Shown here: in pieces, positions 24,412-36,255 of the stretch | How positions within the stretch are numbered: the first letter of the stretch is position 1 | Layout of the letters: each line of letters starts with the position of its first letter | From: Curvularia clavata | Taxonomy: Eukaryota | NCBI GenBank assembly: GCA_023920165.1 | Contig: CP089275.1 | Location: 4,278,001-4,342,000, forward strand | Direction: 5' to 3' | Length of the DNA: 64,000 nt | Notes under the pieces: model-generated | Told to the model about the DNA's origin: nothing | Databases searched by the model: none | What the model saw: only the letters and a program-made list of their open reading frames with translations | Position numbers and translations under genes: made by a program

Positions 24412-26541
24412 ATGCCCGGATATGTCAAATTGTGCTCTATCATCTTTCTCTCGTTGACTTGTGCCGTGTCGGCATTTCCCTTGCACGATAACAATGACCC
24501 CCAATATACGACACCAAGTGCAATCAACAGGCGACGAACCCAGACAGTCACTATAGCGGCTTTGGTGTGCTCTTCCCTGAGCATGGTAGCCTCTTTCATG
24601 GCCTTTTGCTGGGTTTGGCGAATGGAGAAGCAGTTTCGCCATCGGTCAGTGCTACTGTGTTCATGTGATGCATGTGCTCATTCTTTATTGCAGGCTTCTC
24701 ATGCTTTTGGTTTGCGGTGACTTGATACGGGCAATATGCTTCTTCATTGGAGCCATTGTGATGCTTGCTCATGGGACGGTGAGGAGCGAGTCGCCATTTT
24801 GCCAGTCGAGCGGCTTTTTCATAGTGTTTGGAACGGAAACGAGTGGTAAGATGACGTATCTGATCATGGGGAGTATTTTCTCACTGTGTTTCCACCAGAC
24901 TTTGCTGTTCTTATGATAGCGATACACACCGCACTCCAGGTCTTTCGCCCCTCTGGCCAGACGCCTTCAGAAGGGCTATATCCTTATAGACGCTATGTAT
25001 ATGTGGGCGCATTCTGCGCTCCCGTCATCTTCGCAAGTCTAGCTTTCCTTAATCAACAAGGAGGCTATCTCCTGCAGGGTGCCTTTTGTCTGCTTCCCGT
25101 CCGTCCATTCTGGTATCGGCTGGCCCTGTCGTGGATTCCGAGATATCTTATTGCGCTTGTTATCATTACCCTAGCCATTGCGATTTATGTTTACGTCGGA
25201 TGGGAATTTAAAAGTTACAACAAGTTAAGCCAACGCCTAGGGCATACCATGACAGACGATATTACCGGGACAAATATCAACATTTCGGCACTGCAAACAC
25301 AAACCTCTTTTATCAGCGAAGGACTTGCAACACGACCGGGGAGCAGTATGACGCATCAGAAACTCTTGGGCCAGCACTCACGGGGTACTTCACTAACTTC
25401 CCAGGACGCTTTTTCTGTGCCAGGGCGCAGATCGCCCGTCTCGTTTGTCGTTGACGAGCCTTGTGGAGCATCGGGAACCGCCTCCACTAGCCCCACCACT
25501 GGATCCTTCTCGCGAAGCACACGACGCCTCCATGGCAAGCACAGCGGGCCGGCCCGTCCAAAACTAGTCTCGATCCCAAGCGGACACACAGTGCGACGAC
25601 TCGACTCTGAGGATAGTTTATATCCTCCACTGTCGTCCCACACGGACACATTGAGTGTCGCCCCAGTTCTCTCTCCCCTATCGAGAGTATGGAGTCCTCC
25701 TACCATGGTCTCGTTGGAGCCCCCTTCTCCAGGCTTCAACCAGATGGCTCGTCAGCGCGCCCGCATCCATCGTCAGCTGCGTCTTATGTTTATCTATCCG
25801 ATCGTGTATACATTGATGTGGCTGCTACCATTTGTATACCATTGCATGATGTACAATGACTACTACGCCACCCATCCCGTATGGGCGATGCGAATGGCGA
25901 ATACCATTTGCATAGCGAGTATGGGTTTCGTTGACTGTTTAGTTTTTGCTCTGCGTGAACGGCCGTGGCGAGCCATTCCAAACAGCGACGGCACGCTCCT
26001 CGGCAGTTTTTTCGTCTGGAACGGCAAGAACGAGCGGAGAAGGCGTAGGCGGCGCCGGTCTACGGACAGAATGCGTGGTGGTGGCCGCTCGAGGTCAGCT
26101 GGGCCTTGTGCGGCGGTGGTGCCGAAGGAAGAGGTGACGCAGAGGTCCTTGTCAGATGGCGGGCTGTATGGGCCCAGGCGGAGTGTGGGATCAAGTGCGA
26201 GTTTCTACGGATACTCGCGTGCCGAGAAGAATTGGGCGAGGGAGCGGCTGGAGTGGGAGCGCGAGGAGAGATACAGGGTGCTGCGGGAGCGGGCGATGAG
26301 ATCGCAGACGATTATTTCAAGGAGAGGCTCGTTGAGCGAGAGTAGCTGCGGCGGCCGGGAGGCAGAAGAGTCGAGGCGAGACCACGACTATGACAACTAC
26401 GACCAAGATGATGACGACGACGATGCTCTTGAAGGAGAAAGGACAGAAACGGGGGCGTTCGAAAAGAGTCATAGTCAGGGACATGATGAACAAGGAAATA
26501 ATGAAGAAACACAAGGGAAAGGGGGCAACAGCATCTCATGA
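24412..26541 (+). CDS. Git3/Gpr1-type (carbon-sensing class) G protein-coupled receptor, 3 exons
   Basis: Introns 24645-24693 and 24846-24898. Motifs FRHRLLMLL, CQSSGFF, DFAVLMIAIHT, YRLALSWIPRY, RQLRLMFIYPIVY and GFVDCLVFALRERPW. Long third intracellular loop. Confidence 0.88.
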
Positions 26542-26635
26542 ATTTCTTTGCATACATAGCATATCTAGATCTGATCTTGAATTTCTAATACATCTAATGT
26601 GTTTTTTTGTCTCGATGCCCATCTCTTTGTATTTT

Positions 26636-27694
26636 TCAAAAGTCATCCACATTAACCTCTCGGCCTTCCTTTAGCGGTAGATAGACTTTTTGCCACAAGT
26701 CGCTACGTTCACCGAGATGATATGTCAGGCTGACATGCTGCATACCGGGCGGCGAGTCAGATGACGACGAAGGCACCATGGTCTCCAGCTGGGAAATGAT
26801 ATTCTCTAGCCCCAGCGCCTTGCCTGTCGCCTGTGTGTTTCCGGCTTCAAGGGAAACATGGACGATGTGGATATGGAAGTGGTAGTAAGTCGGTTGATCT
26901 AAACCCGCATCGTTAGTTGACATTTTATCGTCAAGGAAAGGGTTGGGAAAAAGAAACTCACAATGTACATAACACTTGAGCTCATCCTTCTCGACATCCG
27001 GATACAACCCCACTGTCGCCTCGACCATCTTCTCCCTCATATGCCTGACCCACTCTACCATATCTTTGTTCAAGTCCCTCACACTCCACACATCACGGCG
27101 CTCCACTATGCCCAGCAGGTGCAAACTCCCCATTGTCTTGCGATCCCAGTTCAGATCTGGGAGGAGCAAGAACCCGTCGGCACCGTTCTCGCGGTACATG
27201 ACATCTTCTTGCTCGGTTCGCCCCTCGATGATATTGTAGACCCAATTTAAAGCCCCCTTTTCTCGCTGAGCACGCATGTACGGACGGACGTAGGAGGAGT
27301 AGATTTGCGGTGTCTCAGTGACGACGCGCAAGCGCTGCTGTGTATATTTGGCAACATGTTTTTCCGTGCATGGGTAGATGAGGTTGAGTTTGTAGTCTGG
27401 AGGTGGATTGGACTGAGTGGGGTCAGGATTGGAATTGGCCAGGAACCAGGCATAGATGTCGTTGGCACCGAGGTTTTTAATGTTGCGCAGGGAGGTGGAG
27501 AAGGCGGAGAGGGTGTCTGGGGAAGTGTCGAAGGCGGCGCGCTCGGCGATCAACAGGGCAGGCTGCGAGTCAATGGTGCCGAGGAGGGAGATGCGGCGGC
27601 CGGCTTGGTCAGAGTTTAGGAGGCGCGTGAGGCGGAATTGGGGGATGAGAGATTCCACGTGGGCGGCAATCTCGGGGGGTGTCGTGGAGGTCAT
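26636..27694 (-). CDS. DCS1: Scavenger mRNA decapping enzyme DcpS, 2 exons
   Basis: Intron 26961-26899. Motifs NDIY, IYPCTEKHVAKY, LNWVYNI, LLPDLNWD and the HIT motif YVHYQPTYYHFHIH. Confidence 0.93.
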   Translation of the reverse strand: MTSTTPPEIAAHVESLIPQFRLTRLLNSDQAGRRISLLGTIDSQPALLIAERAAFDTSPDTLSAFSTSLRNIKNLGANDIYAWFLANSNPDPTQSNPPPDYKLNLIYPCTEKHVAKYTQQRLRVVTETPQIYSSYVRPYMRAQREKGALNWVYNIIEGRTEQEDVMYRENGADGFLLLPDLNWDRKTMGSLHLLGIVERRDVWSVRDLNKDMVEWVRHMREKMVEATVGLYPDVEKDELKCYVHCEFLFPNPFLDDKMSTNDAGLDQPTYYHFHIHIVHVSLEAGNTQATGKALGLENIISQLETMVPSSSSDSPPGMQHVSLTYHLGERSDLWQKVYLPLKEGREVNVDDF

Positions 27695-28245
27695 GGTGGT
27701 GGGTGTCAGACTGATGGCTTAGTCAGTAAGGATTTGGCAAGTGCAGGTTAATCATGAACAGTATTGAGGGCTTTGACAAGTGGTGACTGTTCACATGAAG
27801 CACAGAAGTTGGTACTTTCAAATGCCGTACGACTAGTGTTCACTGGAAAGTTTTCTAAAATTTTAAATTTTTTTGCCTTGAATTGACCTGGTTAAGAGGA
27901 TATGTTCATCGCCCCAGTACTTGAAGCCACTGGCTGAAGGATGGTTGTAGCATTTAGTGGAGAATAACTTACAGTAAAAGTGGGATAACTCGTAATAGTG
28001 TAGGAACAGAGCATTCCGCCGTCGGAACGAAGTGGGGGTTCACGTCAGAGGTCACGTGGCCGCGCGAAGGCGCGTATCACTGCGGCAACCAATTGGAGGC
28101 TGCCCTAGCTACGCCAAGGCCGTCGACGAGTGAGGTCACCTCACATCACTATACCCGCTATACCAGCCACCCCTTTGTTGCGCACAACTACTCTACCTCT
28201 TCATATCGCATACCATCTGAAAACGTTCATCGCACATAGATCAAC

Positions 28246-28918
28246 ATGGCGCTCAAAAGCAGAAATACGCGATCAGCGACCAAATCGCACCAGTCGACAC
28301 TCGCTTTCCATGGAACGTCGAACAAGGTCACAAAGTCGGGGGTCAAGGCGCAAGCAGTCAAGAAGAGCAATTTGGAGAAGAAGCTCAAGGATGCGACACC
28401 AGAGATATTGGGTCTGACGGTTGCCGAGCCGACGACGACTGAGGCGGCGATCATTGATCAAACGGAGCAGGAGATTCAGGCGCAACAAGTGGAGAGCAGC
28501 CCCGAGGAAGAGCAGGCGAGGCGGATATCAGATGCAGCTATCAAAAAGTACTGGGCAGCAAAAGAGAAGCAAAGAGAGGCACCGAGGGTGCACCAGCAAG
28601 GGCTGAGTCTTGAAGACAAGATACTTAGAGAATTCGACATGAGCGCACACTATGGCGTAAGTTTGTCCCAATCAGCATTGGGCGGCTCGAAGCTGCTCTT
28701 TGTCCACGATAGTGCTGACATATTGCGCACCACAGCCATGTACTGGTATTGCTCGACTGAAGCGATGGAAGCGGGCGCAACGGCTCGGGCTTGAGCCGCC
28801 GGTCGAAGTACTGGCGGTGCTGCTGAAGGCGCAGGATGCAAAAGAGCGGGACAAGATCAGCGTGCAGCGGTCCATTATGGACGAGATGCTGAATGCCAAA
28901 GCCGAGCTGGACGTATGA
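28246..28918 (+). CDS. POLD4: DNA polymerase delta subunit 4 (p12/Cdm1), 2 exons
   Basis: Removing intron 28657-28735 gives ILREFDMSAHYG-PCTGIARLKRWKRAQRLGLEPPVEV, the p12 signature. N-terminal QSTLAF is PIP-like. Confidence 0.88.
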
Positions 28919-29473
28919 AGGTGAGATAGTATGTAGTGGGCAAGGGGGGTTTAGTGTTACAGGCGCAGCATGGGGGCACGCGAGCAGATACTGGCGGCCA
29001 AGGGCAGGTTGAAGCCGTGAAAGGGAGTTTTAAGTCTGAATCAAAGAGATACCAAGTCATGGGAACTCTGTGACATAGTGAGTGCGGGGCGATAAGAGAA
29101 GCGTTTGTGATTGTAACAAGGGCGGTTTTGAAGAAGTTTATCAGGCTGTACGTCAGCATGCATGGGCTGGTGAGTCCGACGACAGCTAGGGGACGGCAGG
29201 TTCGGGAGTCGGGACCACGGTACCAAGACAGCAAAGATAGCCGGGGCTTGGCCGGCAGCGCTGCAAGAGCGGGCAGCCGAGGGGCGCGGCGATGCGGGGT
29301 TGAGCCGTTGTTGCGCGCGCGCGTGGATGCATACTGTAAAGAGACGAGTGGAATCGAGATAATAGTGAAGGACTGTGCGCAGCATGGCAGCATGGAGACG
29401 CGGGGTTGATCGACGAGAGTGTCTGGCCTTTGTGCCAGTGGCGATTGCTGAGCTGCGCGGCGGTGGGGCGGGC

Positions 29474-29509
29474 GTGCTAGGTGTGCTAGGTGTGCTAGGC
29501 TGGCTAGGC
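29474..29509. repeat. 4 x 9-bp tandem repeat (GTGCTAGGY-like), intergenic
   Basis: gtgctaggt gtgctaggt gtgctaggc tggctaggc. Confidence 0.75.
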
Positions 29510-30594
29510 CGCTGGCACGCCCCTACCACTGGCTGCACCGGCTGCACTGGGCTGCCAGCCCGATTCCACGCTGCCGGCCCATGGATACACATGCCCATAT
29601 CCATCCACACTACCGTCCAATACGTCCGTACCCAGCAGTATTACCACATCCGCCCTCGCTCTGCACCCCCTTCGATCCGACGCTTCCACCCCCCGGGCCT
29701 CTGCCATTGCCCTTGTCGTCAACAATGCTGCCGACATGTGTGCAGGGCTGCTCGTGCCAGCGCCAGTCTCGATGCACAGTGTGCATGCCCTACGCTGCCC
29801 TACTCTAATCAGGTCGGTCGGCCCAATGCGCAGGCCTCTATCCAGACAAGCGTTGCAGGTGGCTTGCAGCGTAGCGCCAGGCCTGGCTGAGGCAAAACGG
29901 CGCCTTTTCCAAAGGGCTGGGGTCCGAGGCGTAGTTGGGAGTGGTAGGGGTGGACGGGTGGGGAGGGTCAGATAGCGGGGAACCACTCACACACGCCCTC
30001 CCATATCATCCTTCTGCTGCACTGCACTGCACATGCACCCATCAATCCCCCCCGACGTTTCCTTTCCTTCATCTTTATTTCACCCTGCTGCCCTTTTCTT
30101 CTCCTCGTTCCATTCCGCGGCTTGACTCGTCGTTGCACCACACCCCAGTCCTCCTTCAGCATTCCCATCTCGTATCATGGCCACCGCCGCGCTGTAGATT
30201 CACGCCATCCTCCCCCGGCTGTTGATCAACTCAGCAGCCAGTGCCAGTCTGGTCGAAGCCTCAACCCGGTAGGTCCCAAAAAACAAACACACGTCGATGC
30301 ATCCGTACCGCATACTCATCAATTGCGCGGCAGAAGATTCGCTGTCACTCCACCCTGCTGTGATACGCGCCCTTGCACCTGCCCCCGCTTCTTGGGCCTG
30401 CTCTTGATTGGGAAAGAGTCATTGCCAGTGCCAGTGCCAGTGCCATCCATCGCAATTGCCATTGCCATCCTGCTCCTTCCGTCAAACTATCACTTCACCT
30501 TCCACTCGCCCACCGTGCACGTTGCGCGCTTTCAACTCCTCTCCTCTGCCCCCCTCTGCCCCCCTCTGTTCACCCCTCCCCCAATTCCGTCAAT

Positions 30595-32851
30595 ATGGCC
30601 GCTGCCGTCGCCAGCTATCATTCAATGCCACGTCCCTCTTCTACACCTCCACCGCACCTGGCTCTCAACACTTCGTCTCGTGGCACCCCTGCTCCCATTC
30701 CTAACAAACACATCCCAATCTGCCCTCCTGGTGGCCTACCCGCAACGCCCCCAGCCTCTCCTCCGCGCCAGGACACCATTATCGAGACATCCTCCCTTAC
30801 CTACCCCCCTCATGCACACTGCTCAAAGCACTCGGACGACCCGCCACTCTACTCCATTACCGCAGATTGCCTGGCTGATGCGCTAGAGCACATTGCAACC
30901 CAGCCTCTTCCAAACCCCGAACAAGTGTTCCCATGGATGCACGGCCTGCATGCAGACAACCAGATCCAGCTTGCTTTTTTCTCATCGCGCCGCAGGAGCG
31001 GCCGCAAAGTACCCTCTTGCATTCGCGGCATCACCATTGTCAAGACGGGCGGCAACCTCTCGTTTTCCAAGCTCAAGGGCGCCATCGCACCCGACGAGAT
31101 ACTCGAATCCGTGACTGCAGACAACCCCCAGTTTCTCGAATGCGACCCCAGAGAAGGCTTTTCGGTGCGCAACTTTCAGATCCAGACCTGCAAAATGGCC
31201 ATGGTATCAGACATTGTCGTTTATGGTGATCACCGGACCAAGCCAGCAGACACAATCGCCCTTGCTCAGAAAATCTCAAAGGCTCAGAGGCAGCACGAAG
31301 CGAAAAATGGACTCGCGCCATCTTTGTTCAATACGTTCGTGCTTCAAGGTGAATATGCACCATCTACACCATATGTTTGCTTGACTGACCATTTCAGACT
31401 CGTTCACTTGCATACAAACGAACTACCCAAGCTTGGTTGCTATCAATTCCGCGGGAGAGATGACAGGACAGGTGGTCGATTTCTGTACGTCTTGGAATCT
31501 AGATCAACTTTTGACAGTGGCTAACGCTCGTAATCAGTTTACTGGGAACGTTATGAGATGAGCGAAATGTCAAAGGCATCGGAAATCAGCAACAACGTGT
31601 TTCTAGGGCCCACACCAGATCAAACACTGCACCCAGAATGCCTGGGACCAGATGCCTACGACATGCTCATTGAAGCAACCGATCTTGCCCATGTGCCCGA
31701 ACCACGCTCACTACGAGCTCTCCGAATGGGGCTGGAAAGAGTTCATCGCAAGACGGCCCTGCACATGGAGTTTCCCTCCTCGGGCAGTATCATGCCTCCG
31801 ACGTGGGCACACGGAGAAGTCGACGGTCTCATGGCCATGTGCAAGTGGATGTACGAATTGGCCAACCCAGGTGAAGTGCGGCGATCAAAGCGGCGGCGAG
31901 AGGACGAGGACGAAGCGATAGAGATGGTGGACGCCACAGCTCCACGCAAGTTTCTCATTCATTGCACCGACGGCTACACCGAGACAACCCTTCTTGCGCT
32001 CACCTACTTCATGTATGCTGAAGGTCTTACCGTTCATGATGCATGGATCAAGCTACACCGCGAAAAAGGCCGAAACTTTTTTGCCTATCCGTCTGATGTA
32101 GCCCTTCTGACAGCCATACAACCTCGGATCCTCCAGGAGTCTCCCCGCTTTAATCAGAGCATTCTCACCCTTACTGAACCGCGCTGGCTTTCCAAGCTCG
32201 ACGGAAGTTTGCCCAGCCGCATCTTGCCTTACATGTACCTTGGAAATCTTGGCCACGCCAACAATCCAGAGCTTTTGCATGAACTCGGCATCACGCGCGT
32301 ATTGAGTGTTGGCGAAGCACTTTCCTGGCCTGAGGGTATACAGGCTCAGCTCAATTGGCCTAGCGAAAACTTCCTCATGATTGACCGGGTCCAAGATAAC
32401 GGTGTCGATCCTCTTTGGGGCGAGTTTGAGCGTTGCTTGAAGTTCATTGGTAAGTGTTCTGGCCCCTATATGGGTAAAGTGTAACTGCTAACAATGGCTT
32501 AGAAGCTGGAAAGGCCGAAGGTGGCGCTACACTTGTGCACTGTCGTGTAGGTGTTTCACGCTCCGCGACCATCTGCATTGCGGAAGTCATGAAAGAGCTT
32601 GGCCTTTCCTTCCCTCGTGCCTAGTAAGTTCTGCCTGTATCCTCTCTTGGATTCAACTCACACGCCTTAGTTGCTTTGTCCGGGCACGACGACTTAATGT
32701 TATAATACAACCCCACCTTCGATTTACGTACGAATTACTCAAGTGGGAAGAGTATCAGCGTCAGCGACGTAACGAACCTCTTCGCCGCGAACTCGAGTGG
32801 GCGACTGTGGCGCGCGAGATCGCCCTCATGAACAAGCCCTACTCCAGGTGA
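30595..32851 (+). CDS. PPS1: Dual-specificity protein phosphatase Pps1, 5 exons
   Basis: Introns at about 31349-31397, 31484-31537, 32449-32502 and 32624-32670. Motifs VFPWMHGLH, GFSVRNFQIQ, HCTDGYTE, LPSRILPYMYLGNL and catalytic VHCRVGVSRSAT. Confidence 0.92.
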
Positions 32852-33570
32852 TGAATCCTTTTTTCTCGCACTCACAGTGCACCTACCTTTTCCTGCCATG
32901 ATTGACGACGACACGAATCGTATGTACGACTACCATCCCTCGACTTTGCTCTAAACCGCTCCATTCAACGGCGGCTTTTGCCTACTGTGCGCTACATTCC
33001 GGCGTTATCTGGCTCTTTCGCTTTTCTTTTTTTCTCGGTTTATCATTGGGCTACGTTCTTTGTAATACGTTTGTTCTTTTTTTTCGCTCTGCAGTTTTGC
33101 TTTTTCGACCTAGTTTCTTCTTCCTTTTTCATACGGGGCGAAACTGTTGGTCTGTACTGCGAATCGTACAAGGGTGGGTAATGCGCCTTGTTTACCGGTG
33201 TATTTGCGCGCGAACCCCAGCCAGAAGTGGCTTGTTTCTGTGTAATCCTTTTCGTCTGGATGTCTATGGAGCTGTGGGAAGACACATCTTCCAGTCCTCA
33301 TCTTCTCGATACGTGTATTACTCTGCTTTGATCTGCTTCAGCAAAGAAAAAAAGATTTCCAGCGCTGTTGTCGTCAAGCCACAGAAACTAAGATTTGATG
33401 CACATTATGGTGGCGTCCAGCATACTAGTCTTGCTTCGACTTTTTCAACCGTACAAATTTACTTTTTCCTCGTTTATCTACCTCAACGATCCCTTGACTG
33501 CATCGTCACATGGAAACACTAAACGTATTCATGCAATTGGGCGTGGCATTGTTTCAACTACGTTTCTTGT

Positions 33571-34847
33571 CTACTCTTTGCCCCCGAGATACCTGTAGAC
33601 AACCGAGAAGTCCTTTCCTTTGCACTTCTCGTCCTGCTCGACAGCATCGTACAAAGCTCGTGCTGGCTCACCCAGGGCAAGCTTGACGTCCGCTTCAGCG
33701 GCTGCTTTAAGGGCAAGCTTCAGGTCCTTACTCGCAAGTCCAATTCCAAACCCTCCTTCATATCCTCGGCTGGCAGGCGAGCCCTCAATCACTCCAGGCA
33801 CAGGATTGTTGACTTCACTCGGCCAGCATTTCCCCGTCGCCGTGTTGATCATTCCAGCTAGAGCCTTTGGGTCGAGTCCCCATTTAACGCCCATGCTCAT
33901 GGCTTCTGCAGTAGCAATGTTGTTGAGGGCAAGCAGGTAATTGTTTGCAAGCTTGCCTTTGAGACCTGCTCCTGGTCCGCCAAGGTGAACTACTCTCCGA
34001 CCCATCAAAGACAACACCTTGGTTGCACTGTCAACTGCTTCTGGCGGGGCACCAATCATGAACGTGAGCGTGCCTGCCTGTGCACCAACAACACCACCTG
34101 ACATGGGCGCATCGACAAACTTCCCTTGACCGGTAGAGTGCGCAGCTTGTGCCACCTCACCAGAGGTCATGGGGTCAATAGTTGAGCAGTCAATGAAGAA
34201 GCGCTCTTTGTTGACGGTGCCCTCGGAGAGTAGTGTCGGGGGCTCTAGCATCTCCTTAAAGACAGCCTTGACATGCTTGGGCTCCGGCAACGAAGTGATG
34301 ATTGTTTCCTGCAACATCGTTAATGCTCTGTGTCTGACAACCATGGCAAGTAACGTTTGGTGAAGATGAAAGCATCAGAGGATTGGCTATAATTTTTGCG
34401 TAATCAGAATAAGGGCCACGAATGGCCCCCAACTTAGATCATGGATAGAACAATTAATTCATCACAAGGCGACGTGAATAGGAAAAGAAGAACTGGGTTA
34501 CTTACGGCATTCTCAGCAACCTCTCGAACATTTTTGGCAACCTGAACTCCCTGTGGATGCTCCTCAAGGAATTGCTTGGTTGCCGCAGTGTTGACGTCGT
34601 GTATAAACAGCGTATCTTCAGCTGGGATCTTTGCTCGAAGGTTTTTCGCCATGGGATAACCTTGCAGGAAGTTAGCAACATGCAGTCATGTGAGTAAACG
34701 ATGATACTGACCCATGCGTCCCAGGCCAATAAATCCCCATGTTGCCTGCCAGTTCCGGGAGCTTGAGAAGCATCTCCGAGTAGTCTGGTGTGCCGCAGTT
34801 GATACTGTTCTTCGCACCGGCGAAGCAAACACTGAGAATGTCCGCAT
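33571..34847 (-). CDS. Mitochondrial 3-hydroxyisobutyrate dehydrogenase, 3 exons
   Basis: ATG at 34847 with presequence MRTFSVFASPVRRTVST..RRCFSSS. GFIGLGRMGYPMAKNL after removing intron 34711-34661; second intron 34505-34309. Motifs DAPMSGG, GTLTFM, KLANN and NNPVPG. Confidence 0.93.
34372..34468 (-). ncRNA. Intronic box C/D snoRNA with two LSU rRNA guide sequences
   Basis: On the - strand, in order: box C GUGAUGA (34465-34459), guide AUUGUUCUAUC, D' AUGA, GGGCCA-UUCG-UGGCCC hairpin, C'-like UGAUUA, guide UUAUAGCCAAUCCU, box D CUGA (34378-34375). Same sense as the host gene, inside its 197-nt intron. Confidence 0.85.
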
Positions 34848-35605
34848 TGTGTAGCTCTAAAGGGGGGTAGACGTCGTGGGGTATCGTCAGGATGCGAGAT
34901 GCGCTGCAGCGAAGCGGTTGGAAGCGGTCTCCGCACTCTTGGATCGGGGCTTCAGCCGAGGTCGCGGTCCAGAGAAGCAGCTGTGGGAACGTTACCAGCA
35001 GCTGCAGCCCTGCAAGGGGCTGAGGCCATGGCTGCACCCATTGTAAGGTAGTGACACCGTTTGCCGGCCACGAAGGCACTCGAGTCGCTATACCTAAGGT
35101 TTTTTGGCGGAGATTGGTGCTAATTGGGAGTCCTGGTTGGAAGATGGGATAAAATCTGCGGGCTGGTGGAAAAGTATTTCCGGCCGAACGGCGCTAAGCT
35201 GTTTAGGTGCTGAGCTTGTTTGGTGGTATTTGTCTTTCTGTGAGCAGTAAAGTATATGTCTCCTGCGACATTGTAGAAGGACTGGGTTAATCGCTTTAAT
35301 ACTGAAGTAATCTAGTAAAAGATGGCTCATTTAAGAGCGATCTGCGTGCACGTAAAGAGCTGGAAATCAGCATGAAAAATTGGATGATGAGCTCAAATGA
35401 CCATATCCTTGCTTTCACTTTTAGGAAATAAATCTTGACTGAAGTACTTTTGTCTCAAAATCTCCTATGGGACTACTTTTTAACAGAGAATGAACGTTGT
35501 TGCGGAGAAATTGGCTTCATGCTGGATATGGTGGCTTAGTCAGCGGTCATATCGCATCTTGAACTTTTGTACACCACCATCATCCAACGCCGATCACAGC
35601 ACAAT

Positions 35606-36255
35606 ATGCCTGCCACATTTCTGCGGTGCCTTGCGAGGCCATCACTCCTCTCCACAGCAAAATTCGCATTTCCCCGACCAATACGGCCCGCTTTTGCCGC
35701 TACCGCCTTCGAAACCGCTGCCACAGCGTTCGCAATCCGCCCAACACCGTCATCCCGCGCCCCCAAATGCACGTTGATACAAGTACTGCGGCAAGGAAGA
35801 ATTGCGCAAAAAGCGCGAAAGCTTAGGTCACCACAATTGAAGGACCGGCCAGAGCTCAAGGGAGTCTGCCTCAAAGTAGGAACGACCAAGCCTAAGAAAC
35901 CAAATTCGGGAGAAAGAAAGATTGCGAGGGTGAGGCTGAGCACGGGCAAAGTGATTACAGCGTATATTCCTGGCGAAGGTATGGCATATGCCGTTGCAAT
36001 GGCTTCAAGTAACTTTGGGCAATGCTAATGGGGAGCAGGACACAACGTGCAGCAGCATTCTGTTGTCATGGTACGAGGCGGACGAGCACAAGACTGTCCT
36101 GGTGTGAAATACCACTTGGTACGAGGAGCGCTGGACTTGGTAAGTTTTGTTACGTCTACAATTAAGATTGCGTCGCTAACATGGCATAGGGTGGTGTTGG
36201 TAACAGAATTACTGCACGATCAAAGTACGGAACAAAGAAACCCAAGTCAGCATAA
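35606..36255 (+). CDS. MRPS12: Mitochondrial ribosomal protein S12 (uS12m), 3 exons
   Basis: Introns 35979-36038 and 36140-36189. Presequence, then [42 protein letters not shown] and [10 protein letters not shown]. Confidence 0.94.

Noticed and set aside
30373..30594. In-frame open stretch upstream of the PPS1 ATG; similar at PRP22 7657 and SUN 17750
   Set aside because: These begin at TTG rather than ATG, and C-rich leaders lack stops by composition.
35384..35442. ATGATGA...CTGA pair resembling a box C/D snoRNA
   Set aside because: Only about 60 nt, with no rRNA or snRNA complementarity I can recognise and no clear C' box.
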